Below, piece after piece: positions 8,407 through 16,049 of a stretch of 24,000 bases of DNA. This stretch comes from Candidatus Bathyarchaeia archaeon. GTDB lineage: Archaea > Thermoproteota > Bathyarchaeia > 40CM-2-53-6. Position 1 is the first letter of the stretch, and every line of letters begins with the position of its first letter. The notes under the pieces were generated by a model that was not told where the DNA came from, ran no database searches, and saw nothing but the letters and a program-made list of their open reading frames with translations. The stretch is taken from positions 695,048 through 719,047 of the forward strand of contig JBEKFP010000001.1 in the NCBI GenBank assembly GCA_050013255.1. Direction: 5' to 3'. Made by a program: the position numbers and the translations under genes.

Positions 8407-8454
8407 TCTAAGCCTATAATTGACATGACTTTATGATTATTTAGTGAAATTGTC

Positions 8455-8486
8455 ATAATGTAAGGGTATTGTTATAATGTAAGGGT
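8455..8486 (+). repeat. Tandem 13-mer ATAATGTAAGGGT x2 (19-nt period), candidate operator/promoter element
   Basis: Identical 13-mers at 8455..8467 and 8474..8486, in the AT-rich gap between the ArsR gene and the permease gene. Confidence 0.4.
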
Positions 8487-8503
8487 TAAGTAGTTGTGAC
8501 TTA

Positions 8504-9214
8504 TTGTGCGCACAATTTGTGGTTTCGTTGGCCGACGGACTGTTTGCCAGGCGAAGCGTGGCGTTAACTGGTGCGGCCGTTTTTGGGAGCTTGGCGGCTC
8601 TAACAACAATTGTGCTTCCCGCCAACATTCAGCCCGCATTCCCATTATTGAGCTTCCTACGTTTTGATCCGGCTGAATTGTTCGATGTCCTAGCCTTCCT
8701 AATCTTCGGGCCTATACCCGCGCTGATAACCGCCACCGTTCACTGGGCAATCCTTGCAGAAACTGGAACTAATGGTATCTTGGGCCCGACGGGGAAGTTC
8801 GCCGCAGTCTTGTCGACGCTGTTAGGGCTATGGTTAGGAAGCATGGCATATCGGCGCATAGCACAAAAAAGCACTCGCACTTCTCTGGCTCTAGGCACGA
8901 TGCTGGGTTTCGCAGCTTTAGCTCGTGTCGGGTTGATGCTTGTCGTGAACTATTTCATTTTCACGTACATTGGGCCAGTTATTTTTGGAATCAATTACCT
9001 CGGCTTCAGCCAAAAATCGCTAGCCGCGGTGGGAATGCAGTTCGCGAACTCTTCGCAGGTGCTTTGGGCGATGCTCCTCTTCACGAGCATCTTCAACGGC
9101 TTGCACGCCGCCTTCTCCGTGGTAATCCCATGCTTGATTTTCACGCCCTTGAGTTTGAAGGTTCCTGAAATCGCCTCAGGCCATCCTTGGATTAGCAAGT
9201 TCACATCCCACTAG
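8504..9214 (+). CDS. Polytopic membrane protein, ECF-transporter S-component-like (substrate unknown)
   Basis: 236 aa with a TTG start and 5-6 hydrophobic helices. FDPAELFDVLAFLIFGPIPALITA resembles the conserved helix-1/2 region (..FGP..G) of ECF S components. The assignment is from memory, not a search. Confidence 0.45.
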   Translation: MCAQFVVSLADGLFARRSVALTGAAVFGSLAALTTIVLPANIQPAFPLLSFLRFDPAELFDVLAFLIFGPIPALITATVHWAILAETGTNGILGPTGKFAAVLSTLLGLWLGSMAYRRIAQKSTRTSLALGTMLGFAALARVGLMLVVNYFIFTYIGPVIFGINYLGFSQKSLAAVGMQFANSSQVLWAMLLFTSIFNGLHAAFSVVIPCLIFTPLSLKVPEIASGHPWISKFTSH

Positions 9215-9250
9215 CGAAACGTTCCCCACTGAAACTGCACGGTCCTTTCC

Positions 9251-10177
9251 TTGATCGTTGCCTTAGCAGGAGGAGTTGGAGCAGCAAGATTCCTCGAAGG
9301 CCTAATTCGAGTAATTCCCCAGAAAGAAATCACGATCATAGGAAACGTCGGCGATGACATCAACGTCTACGGCCTCCACGTCTCCCCAGACTTGGACATA
9401 GTCACTTACACACTCGCCGGCCTTTTCGACAAGAGAAAAGGCTGGGGCTTTCGAGGCGACACATTTCATTGTCAAGCGTTGCTTCGAAAGTACGGTTTCG
9501 AAACCTGGTTCAACCTGGGCGACCGCGACCTAGCAACCCACATCTATCGTACGGAAGAACTTCACCGAGGCAGGCGGCTGTCGGAGGTTACTGCAGACCT
9601 AGTTTCGCGTTTGGGGCTTCGAGTGAAGCTGCTTCCTGCAAGCGACGATCTGCTCCAAACATACGTACTTTCTGGAGGTCGACAAATGCACTTCCAAGAA
9701 TATATGGTAAGACGAAAGACGAAGCCAAAGGTTCAAGGAGTAGTTTTTCGCGGCACTGAATCCGCCAAGCCAGCAAAACATGTTGTCGAATCGATTGCGA
9801 GAGCAAGGGGCATCATTGTCTGCCCAAGCAACCCGATTGTTAGCATCGGCGCAATCCTCGCCGTTCGTGGCATCAAGTCCGCGCTCAGGAAAACTACGGG
9901 GAAGGTTGTTGGAATCAGCCCAATCATTGGCGGTAAGACAGTGAAAGGGCCAGCTGACAAATTGATGAAGGCAGTGGGGATCGAGGCGAGTGCACTTGGA
10001 GTAGCCGAATGTTACAACGGTTTCTTGGACACGCTCATAATCGACCGCCTCGACAGGGAACTTGCACCAGACATCAAAGCCACCGGAGTTAAACCGATTG
10101 TAACGAACACGCTCATGAAAACAATGGCTGACAAAGTTCGTTTGGCGAAAGTTGCAATAAGTGAATTCAGTCGTTGA
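9251..10177 (+). CDS. cofD: 2-phospho-L-lactate transferase (LPPG:FO transferase), F420 biosynthesis
   Basis: 308 aa with a TTG start. The blocks IVALAGGVGAARFLEGL, GNVGDD, SPDLDIVTYTLAG, NLGDRDLATH and CPSNPIVSIGAILAV are characteristic of CofD. Confidence 0.88.
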   Translation: MIVALAGGVGAARFLEGLIRVIPQKEITIIGNVGDDINVYGLHVSPDLDIVTYTLAGLFDKRKGWGFRGDTFHCQALLRKYGFETWFNLGDRDLATHIYRTEELHRGRRLSEVTADLVSRLGLRVKLLPASDDLLQTYVLSGGRQMHFQEYMVRRKTKPKVQGVVFRGTESAKPAKHVVESIARARGIIVCPSNPIVSIGAILAVRGIKSALRKTTGKVVGISPIIGGKTVKGPADKLMKAVGIEASALGVAECYNGFLDTLIIDRLDRELAPDIKATGVKPIVTNTLMKTMADKVRLAKVAISEFSR

Positions 10178-10839
10178 AAACTCGTTCACGTCAAGTGGGG
10201 CGTGTAGATGCTATAGTCCCCTTGAACGTTCTCAGAAAATCGAAAGCACGACTTTCACCCATCCTTAGGCCGGCTGAGAGAGAGCAATTAAGTGTTGCAA
10301 TGTTGAAAGACGTTCTCTCCGCCTTGCGGATGGCGAAGCGGATTCATTCGGTAACAGTTGTTAGCGCCGATAAGGGCGTGCGTAGAATCTGCAAGCGTCT
10401 CGGGGCTAGTTTTCTCTGGGAGGGGAGAAGGCGTGGCCTCAACAGGGGGGTCAAGTTAGCTGTTAGACATGCTCAGCGGAGAGGTGCTTCCTCCGTCCTT
10501 GTGATTCATTCGGATCTCCCGCTTCTCAAACCACTGGAAATTGACACGTTCCTCAAGCGGTCCGAGGGATGTTCAGTGGCGCTTACACCATCCAAAGACC
10601 GTGATGGAACTAACGCCCTGCTCATGAGTCCCCCACAGGTGATCCGCCCAGTCTTTGGCAAAGACAGCTTCCGCAAACACCTGTCGCTGGCCAGGAGGAG
10701 AAAAGCCCGCAGCAGAGTGTTGCTGTTCAATGGCATTGGTTTCGACGTTGACACGCCAAGGGATCTCATTGAGTTGATGCGGCGGCCGTTGCGGAATGAA
10801 ACCGGCCGAGTCCTACGAATGTTTCGAAAACCGACTTAG
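10174..10839 (+). CDS. cofC: 2-phospho-L-lactate guanylyltransferase, F420 biosynthesis
   Basis: DAIVPLNVLRKSKARLSPIL..ERE.L..AML.DVL, HSDLPLL and PSKDRDGTNAL match the CofC (MobA-like) pattern. TTG 10174 overlaps the cofD stop (TTGA). GTG 10195 (VGRVDAIVPL) is an equally plausible start. Confidence 0.8.
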   Translation: MKTRSRQVGRVDAIVPLNVLRKSKARLSPILRPAEREQLSVAMLKDVLSALRMAKRIHSVTVVSADKGVRRICKRLGASFLWEGRRRGLNRGVKLAVRHAQRRGASSVLVIHSDLPLLKPLEIDTFLKRSEGCSVALTPSKDRDGTNALLMSPPQVIRPVFGKDSFRKHLSLARRRKARSRVLLFNGIGFDVDTPRDLIELMRRPLRNETGRVLRMFRKPT

Positions 10840-10841
10840 CG

Positions 10842-11069
10842 GTGCACCGAAAGATACTCAGGGCAAAACAATTTAGAGGCAAGCGGGTGAGTTTGGGTGG
10901 GGTGTTTGAATTAGCATCGCCTAGGGAAAGCCACGATAAAGTGCTCCAGCTTCTGGAGCAGCATACTAAGTGGTTTTCAGAATCAATTCCGCTGATTGCA
11001 TCGGAGAACGTTCCCAGCCCCGCGGTTCGCGAAGCTATAGTTTCAGACTTCGGGAATCGCTACGCGGAA
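10842..11069 (+). CDS. glyA: Serine hydroxymethyltransferase, exon 1 (ends ...SDFGNRYAE)
   Basis: IPLIASENVPSPAVREAIVSDFGNRYAE aligns to the E. coli GlyA segment [28 protein letters not shown]. An in-frame TAG follows at 11070. The start is uncertain: GTG 10842 or GTG 10887. Confidence 0.85.
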
Positions 11070-11103
11070 TAGGCTTAAGCCGATCAGGCTTAGGCCTCCG
11101 TAG
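11070..11103 (+). other. Candidate bulge-helix-bulge (BHB) intron inside the glyA mRNA, 34 nt
   Basis: TAGGCTTAAGCCGATCAGGCTTAGGCCTCCGTAG. Central 4-bp helix 11064-11067 / 11098-11101. 3-nt bulges at 11068-11070 and 11102-11104. An 11-bp intron hairpin 11071-11081 / 11087-11097 with loop GAUCA. Removing these 34 nt joins RYAE to GWVGERVYAGC in frame. Confidence 0.7.
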
Positions 11104-12264
11104 GGATGGGTTGGGGAACGCGTATACGCGGGCTGCGTATACATAGACCAAGTTGAGAGGCTCTGCATAGACCTAGCAAAGGACCTATTCCGGGCCGAAT
11201 TCGCGGACGTTAGGCCAGTCTCTGGGGTTTGCGCAAACCTCGTGGTTTACACCACTTTCACAAACCCCGGCGACCGCATGCTCGCTTTAGCTATACCAAA
11301 CGGCGGCCACATCTCGAGTGGGCGCAAAGATTTCTCGGGAACTGCAGGCTCGGTCCACGGCTTGGAAGTAGAATACTTTCCCTTCGACCGTCATGAAATG
11401 AACATCGACGTCGACAAGGCGAAGCAGAAAATCGAGAAGATGGTCAAGGAGGAGAATAAGCCGCCCAAACTTGGGATGTTTGGTGCAAGCCTCTTCCTCT
11501 TCCCCCAACCCCTGAAGGAGCTAGCTGAGTCATTACATAATGTTGGTGCGACCGTCGCCTACGACGCGGCACATGTTGCGGGGCTCATTGCGGGAGGAAT
11601 CTTCCAAGACCCACTGAGGGAAGGTGCCGACGTAGTATGCCTGAGCACCCACAAAACGCTCTTCGGCCCGCAGGGAGGGGCGGTACTCTCCTTCGAGAAA
11701 TACGCGGAGCAAATCAAGAAGGCAACGTTTCCGTCAAACACGAGCAACCACCACCTGCATCACCTAGCTGGGAAAGCGGTTGCTTTCGCGGAAATGTTAG
11801 AGTTCGGAAAACAGTACGCTAAGCAAGTTGTGGCTAATGCCAAAGCCCTGGGTCAAGCGTTGCATGAACGAGGCCTTAACCTTCTGGGCGAGCACAAGGG
11901 TTTCACTGAGTCGCATCAAATCGCAGTCGACGTATCCAAGTATGGCTTGGGGGGAGACATGGAGAGAGCACTTGAAAGCGCCAACATAATCGTCAACCGC
12001 CAACTATTACCCGGGGACATTCAAGCGGGAAGGCACTACCAAAACCCAGGCGGCATCCGCATCGGCACCTCGGAAATCACCAGGATCGGGATGAAGGAGA
12101 ACCAAATGGTCGAAGTGGCTGAGCTAATCAAGAGAATCGTCATCGACAAGCAGGACCCTAAGAAAGTGAAGGCCGATGTGCTAGAGTTTAGGAAAGATTT
12201 CCAGAAGGTTCACTACTGCTTCGAGAGCGCAAAGAAAGCCTACGAATACATCAAAGTACGGTAA
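11104..12264 (+). CDS. glyA: Serine hydroxymethyltransferase, exon 2 (frame open from 11104; track lists only 11242..12264)
   Basis: The frame reads GWVGERVYAGCVYIDQVERLCIDLAKDLFRAEFADVRPVSGVCANLVVY..., colinear with E. coli [49 protein letters not shown]. The PLP-lysine block STHKTLFGPQGG is present. Confidence 0.88.
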   Translation, partial: GWVGERVYAGCVYIDQVERLCIDLAKDLFRAEFADVRPVSGVCANLVVYTTFTNPGDRMLALAIPNGGHISSGRKDFSGTAGSVHGLEVEYFPFDRHEMNIDVDKAKQKIEKMVKEENKPPKLGMFGASLFLFPQPLKELAESLHNVGATVAYDAAHVAGLIAGGIFQDPLREGADVVCLSTHKTLFGPQGGAVLSFEKYAEQIKKATFPSNTSNHHLHHLAGKAVAFAEMLEFGKQYAKQVVANAKALGQALHERGLNLLGEHKGFTESHQIAVDVSKYGLGGDMERALESANIIVNRQLLPGDIQAGRHYQNPGGIRIGTSEITRIGMKENQMVEVAELIKRIVIDKQDPKKVKADVLEFRKDFQKVHYCFESAKKAYEYIKVR

Positions 12265-12278
12265 TTGGTGGTTCGAGG

Positions 12279-13061
12279 ATAATTACGAATCCTAAGGTCA
12301 CCGTCATAACTGGAGCGAGTAGCGGCATAGGTGCCGCACTAGCGAAAGAGCTGGGGGCCGGGGGCCACCGGCTAGTTCTCGGAGCCCGCCGAGAAAAGGA
12401 ACTGAAAAATGTCGCAGCACATGCTGGAACTGAAGCAATCCCAGTCGTCACGGATGTTACTCGCCGGCGGGACGTCGAACATTTACGCGATGTTGCAATT
12501 GAGAAATTCGGTCACGTTGATGTTTGGGTGAACAATGCGGGCCGCGGCTCTGGGAAGATTGTGATGGAGTTGACGGAGGCGGAATTGGATGAGATGATTG
12601 CTGTTAACCTGAAATCCGTTTACTATGGGATGCAGGCCATCGTTCCGCATTTTCAGCAGAGGGGCGAGGGACACCTCATCAACGTATCCTCCTTCCTGGG
12701 AAGGGTTCCTTTGGCAACCTACCGGTCCGCCTACAATGCGGCTAAGGCGGGGGCGAATATGCTAACCGCAAATCTGCGCATGGACCTGAGGACGAAATAT
12801 CCACGGATACATGTTTCATTAGTTTTGGCGGGGTTCGTTGATACCGATTTTCACAAAGTCGCAGCCACCCCTTTCCCCGTAAAGGCGGGAACCCGCGTCG
12901 GCGAAGCGGTGGTTCAATCCGCTGAAGAGGTCGCCGAGCAGATCGCATCCCTCATAGAGCATCCAGTCGCGGAACTCTACACCAACCCAGGCCTCAGAGA
13001 TCTTACGGTGCGATACTATCAAGACGTAGGCGCATTCGAAGAACGAATGGGCCAAAGATAG
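12279..13061 (+). CDS. Short-chain dehydrogenase/reductase (SDR); 5' end lacks a canonical start codon in frame
   Basis: The frame reads IITNPKVTVITGASSGIGAALAKEL... (TGxxxGxG), NNAG at the track start 12528, and a catalytic S...YNAAK. There is no ATG/GTG/TTG in this frame between the stop at 12189 and 12528. Confidence 0.8.
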   Translation: MITNPKVTVITGASSGIGAALAKELGAGGHRLVLGARREKELKNVAAHAGTEAIPVVTDVTRRRDVEHLRDVAIEKFGHVDVWVNNAGRGSGKIVMELTEAELDEMIAVNLKSVYYGMQAIVPHFQQRGEGHLINVSSFLGRVPLATYRSAYNAAKAGANMLTANLRMDLRTKYPRIHVSLVLAGFVDTDFHKVAATPFPVKAGTRVGEAVVQSAEEVAEQIASLIEHPVAELYTNPGLRDLTVRYYQDVGAFEERMGQR

Positions 13062-13092
13062 TCTATCAACTTAGACGGCTCTAGATTGTTGT

Positions 13093-13665
13093 GTGGTTTC
13101 GATGCCGGTTCTACGCCCAGGGGAAGTGTACAAGGAGGTTGTTTTGAGGGATGGTAGGAAGGCGGTTCTTAGGGTTCCTGAGTGGGGTGACCTGGACGAC
13201 TTCCTAGGTTTGATAAACGGGTTAGTTGACGAACACGCCGACATTCTAAGAAGCACACACTCTACGCGGGGTGAGGAGGTTGAATGGTTAGCGGACCGGT
13301 TGACCGCGATAGAGAAGGGCAGCCTCATCGCGTTAGTTGCGGAAGTGAACGGGAGGGTTGTTGCAAGCTCGGACGTCGCCCAGAGGACTCCGGAAAACCC
13401 GCAACACAATCATGTTGGAGTCCTTGGCATCGCCATCCTCAAGACCGCCAGGGGGCTTGGGCTCGGAAAAGTGTTAATGGATTCACTCCTTAAACTCAGC
13501 AAAAAAGCAGGTTTGAAAATAATAATCCTGGACATGTTCGCCACTAACAAGGTGGCAAGGCGCCTATACGAAAAGGCCGGATTCGTAGAGGTCGGGAAGA
13601 TACCTAAAGCCATCAACCAACACGGAAAATACATTGACCTGATCCGGTTCGCCATCGAAACCTGA
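13093..13665 (+). CDS. GNAT-family N-acetyltransferase
   Basis: 190 aa. VGVLGIAILKTARGLGLGKVLM (acetyl-CoA motif A, RGxGxG) and NKVARRLYEKAGFVEVG are typical GNAT blocks. ATG 13102 is an alternative start. Confidence 0.8.
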   Translation: MVSMPVLRPGEVYKEVVLRDGRKAVLRVPEWGDLDDFLGLINGLVDEHADILRSTHSTRGEEVEWLADRLTAIEKGSLIALVAEVNGRVVASSDVAQRTPENPQHNHVGVLGIAILKTARGLGLGKVLMDSLLKLSKKAGLKIIILDMFATNKVARRLYEKAGFVEVGKIPKAINQHGKYIDLIRFAIET

Positions 13666-13691
13666 AAGCAGATTTGACTATTAATTTACGT

Positions 13692-15263
13692 CTAGAACAG
13701 TTTGTCTTTGTCCATGAGCACTTCGCCGTCTGAGTATCTCTGGCCGTACATTTTCCTGATGATGAGAAAACGCCTGGTCCTCTCCGCTAGTGGTTTTTCG
13801 AATATTTCAATTACTCCGTCGAAGAAGTCGATGATACTTTGCGTTTCCTCCTTTGTTGTGGTCAAGGGGTTGAGGGTCGCTATGATCGTGAAACCCTCAG
13901 CCTTGCGTTTTCCGACAAAATCCGTTAACCACCTCCGGGTTAGGACGGACTTATGGCGAAGCAACAAATCAGATAAAATATCTATGATCATAATCCGCTT
14001 GGTGGCCTTTTCCTTTGCGATAACATCCTTGAGGGCTAGAGCCAATGATATGTTGGCGTCGTTAAAGTTCTCAAAGCTCGGTATCTTCAACAGGTTCGGG
14101 CCATGGATGATTCTGTCCGCCTGCGGGGATAAGGCGTAGAACCCGTTCGGGTACCTAGACGTCAGGTCCTCGGTCCTGCCGATATCATTCGAGAGAAAAA
14201 TCGCTAACTTTCCAGATGATAAGGCTGAGTTAACGACTCTCCTCAGGAGCAGGTCCCTCTCATCATAAGATGGAGAGACGATGACGACACCGAATTTTTC
14301 AGGGATGCCCCCACCCAACGCCTTGTCCAAGTCCGCGTAACCCGTCGAGACGATTGTTGGTGCTTGAACGACCTTTGGCGGGACGATGGTCTTTGCGGGA
14401 ACGATGGGTTGCGGTGAAACGGTGTCTTTCCTAGGTACTTGAATCACTGCTGGGCGTGGTGGATGCTCCTCTATCCTCCTTTCCTCTTTCAAGGTGGCTC
14501 GTGGGTGTTCCTCTTTCAATTTGGCGGCAAGAGATGGCTTTCTTCTTCTCGCGACAACCAAGACACCGGCGACTATCGCGACCGCAGCAGCTACGAGCAA
14601 ACCTAAGCTCCCAAACGGAAGACCGACCTGGCCAACTTGGGGAATCGTTGATGTCAAAATCAATAACTTGGTCGTGGATTCAGTAGCATTACCGTATGAC
14701 GCAACCAACGTTGTGACGGCTGTCCGTATTGACCAGGCGCCCGCAACGAATCCAGGACTAAAATTGAACATCCATGCAATGAATTGTCCGGCCTCAGGGG
14801 CAACCCAGTCTCCCTGACCGGCGACACCTTTTTGGTGGTACAGCGCTTGGAATTGGAAGGTGGGCGCTGTGCCTTCACTGTTACAGCCGGCATTATCGGC
14901 CTTAGCAAAAGCGGTTGTGATGTAGAAATCAGACGGAAGAGTGCCAAAATTAGTCCAATTTACATGAAAACTCTGCGCCGCGATTGCATTAAACTCGATT
15001 TTTTGATAGGGTTTTGATAGGGCTCCAGATCCGCAGGTACTGAGGTCGAACTCAATCGGTCTGGAACCTTGACTACCGAGATAGCCAGACGTGGTCTCTG
15101 TAACGTAACTGGTTGTAGCAGCGTAGGTGTACAGTACCGTGGTCGTGGCTTGGGTTGTAGAGGTTACGTAACCCTGGCCCGACACCTTTGGCGGCATAGC
15201 ACTGAGTGCTGGAAGCAGAGCTAGAATCAGCAGAAGAGCGAAAGCGATGCGGCACCAGTGCAT
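13692..15263 (-). CDS. Receptor-like membrane protein: signal peptide, Thr-rich extracellular domain, 1 TM, cytoplasmic KaiC/RecA-like domain with degenerate Walker A
   Basis: 523 aa. MHWCRIAFALLLILALLPALSA is the signal peptide and GLLVAAAVAIVAGVLVVARRRK the TM helix. The C-terminus VSTGYADLDKALGGGIPEKFGVVIVSPSYDERDLLL...IMIIDILSDLL...TRRWL...ATLNP...FFDGVIEI...IIRKMYGQ is colinear with KaiC-like ATPases (STGIxxLDxxLGGGxPxGxxxLxxGxxGxGKT), but SPSYDERD replaces GxxGxGKT. Confidence 0.7.
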   Translation of the reverse strand: MHWCRIAFALLLILALLPALSAMPPKVSGQGYVTSTTQATTTVLYTYAATTSYVTETTSGYLGSQGSRPIEFDLSTCGSGALSKPYQKIEFNAIAAQSFHVNWTNFGTLPSDFYITTAFAKADNAGCNSEGTAPTFQFQALYHQKGVAGQGDWVAPEAGQFIAWMFNFSPGFVAGAWSIRTAVTTLVASYGNATESTTKLLILTSTIPQVGQVGLPFGSLGLLVAAAVAIVAGVLVVARRRKPSLAAKLKEEHPRATLKEERRIEEHPPRPAVIQVPRKDTVSPQPIVPAKTIVPPKVVQAPTIVSTGYADLDKALGGGIPEKFGVVIVSPSYDERDLLLRRVVNSALSSGKLAIFLSNDIGRTEDLTSRYPNGFYALSPQADRIIHGPNLLKIPSFENFNDANISLALALKDVIAKEKATKRIMIIDILSDLLLRHKSVLTRRWLTDFVGKRKAEGFTIIATLNPLTTTKEETQSIIDFFDGVIEIFEKPLAERTRRFLIIRKMYGQRYSDGEVLMDKDKLF

Positions 15264-15325
15264 GAAGACGCCTTGCTATCGATTCGCATTTAATTCTTGG
15301 GACAGACGAGACGTCAGGCTATAAC

Positions 15326-15988
15326 TCATGGCATGTTCTTGGTTCTTTCCGAGTTGGGCATTCGGACCTTCAGGATTTTGAATCCTAATTGGACTGCTGG
15401 GCCTATGGCGAGGGCGGATACTAGCGTTCCGAGCCATGCGGGCCCCCCTAGCAACCAACCGACCACGACCACGCTTATCTCGATTATTGTGCGCGCGATT
15501 CGCACGCTAGTTTTCCCGAGGCGTGACAGCGCGAGCATCAAAGTGTCCCTCGGCCCAGCCCCAGCGTTCACTCCAATGTAGATCGCGGTCGCAAATCCCA
15601 TGATCAAAACGCCGAGGAGCAGGTATCCCAACTGAACGAGGACGGAACCGGGAACAAGCGGAACGTAGGGCCTCAGGACGTCGACCCATACGCCGATGAA
15701 GATCATGTTCGCGACCGTCCCCCAACCCAACGGCTCTTTGAGGGCTACGTCGACGAGAATTATGATGAACGCGACGCCAATGTTGGATTCGCCAAGCGTG
15801 ATCGGTAAATGGTACGTTAACGCCATTTGGAGAACGTCCCAGGGGTCCAAGCCTAGGCTCGCCTGAACCATCACATCAATCGCCAACCCGAAGAGCAGAA
15901 AACCAATTTGAATAACGAAGAAGTCCCAGGCGAACCGCCTCCAACCCACCCAACTGAACTTGAAGAACCTACTGTTCATGGTTCGCAA
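15326..15988 (-). CDS. YczE-like integral membrane protein (COG2364-type)
   Basis: 220 aa. GLDPWDVLQMAL..ITLGE and GAGPRDTLMLALSRLGKTSVRIARTIIEISVVVVGWLLGGPAWLGTLVSALAIGPAVQ match the B. subtilis YczE pattern as I remember it. ATG 15979 is an alternative start. Confidence 0.7.
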   Translation of the reverse strand: MRTMNSRFFKFSWVGWRRFAWDFFVIQIGFLLFGLAIDVMVQASLGLDPWDVLQMALTYHLPITLGESNIGVAFIIILVDVALKEPLGWGTVANMIFIGVWVDVLRPYVPLVPGSVLVQLGYLLLGVLIMGFATAIYIGVNAGAGPRDTLMLALSRLGKTSVRIARTIIEISVVVVGWLLGGPAWLGTLVSALAIGPAVQLGFKILKVRMPNSERTKNMP

Positions 15989-16049
15989 GTCTGAACACCT
16001 GCCCGCAGAGTCTCCATTCTTCCATGGCGCATTGTCCGTTAGGTTTCGT

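Noticed and set aside
8455-8486. CRISPR-like or other arrays (checked the whole window for spaced direct repeats)
   Set aside because: The repeat sets found here and at 21092..21120 have just two copies of 9-13 nt each (the origin has three ORB-like boxes). There is no array of three or more repeat-spacer units anywhere and no cas-like genes.
9599-10189. 196-aa ORF antisense to cofD, and other nested ORFs in cofD/cofC/glyA/SDR
   Set aside because: These are shadow ORFs opposite or overlapping genes with clear family motifs, and they have no motifs of their own.
11070-11103. Alternative explanations for the glyA interruption: sequencing artefact, programmed frameshift, or hairpin MITE insertion making a pseudogene
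   Set aside because: A 34-nt structured insert is not a homopolymer-type error. A frameshift cannot bypass the in-frame TAG and would add 11 foreign residues to a block that aligns without a gap to E. coli GlyA. A random hairpin insertion would not place two 3-nt bulges exactly 4 bp apart with cleavage sites that restore the frame. The pseudogene scenario is not fully excluded and is listed as the refutation test.
12261-12286. Hairpin GTAATT...AATTAC spanning the glyA stop as a second BHB intron supplying the SDR start
   Set aside because: The loop is only 14 nt with no internal helix, and no 3-nt bulges separated by 4 bp can be drawn. A 1-nt indel explains the frame problem more simply.
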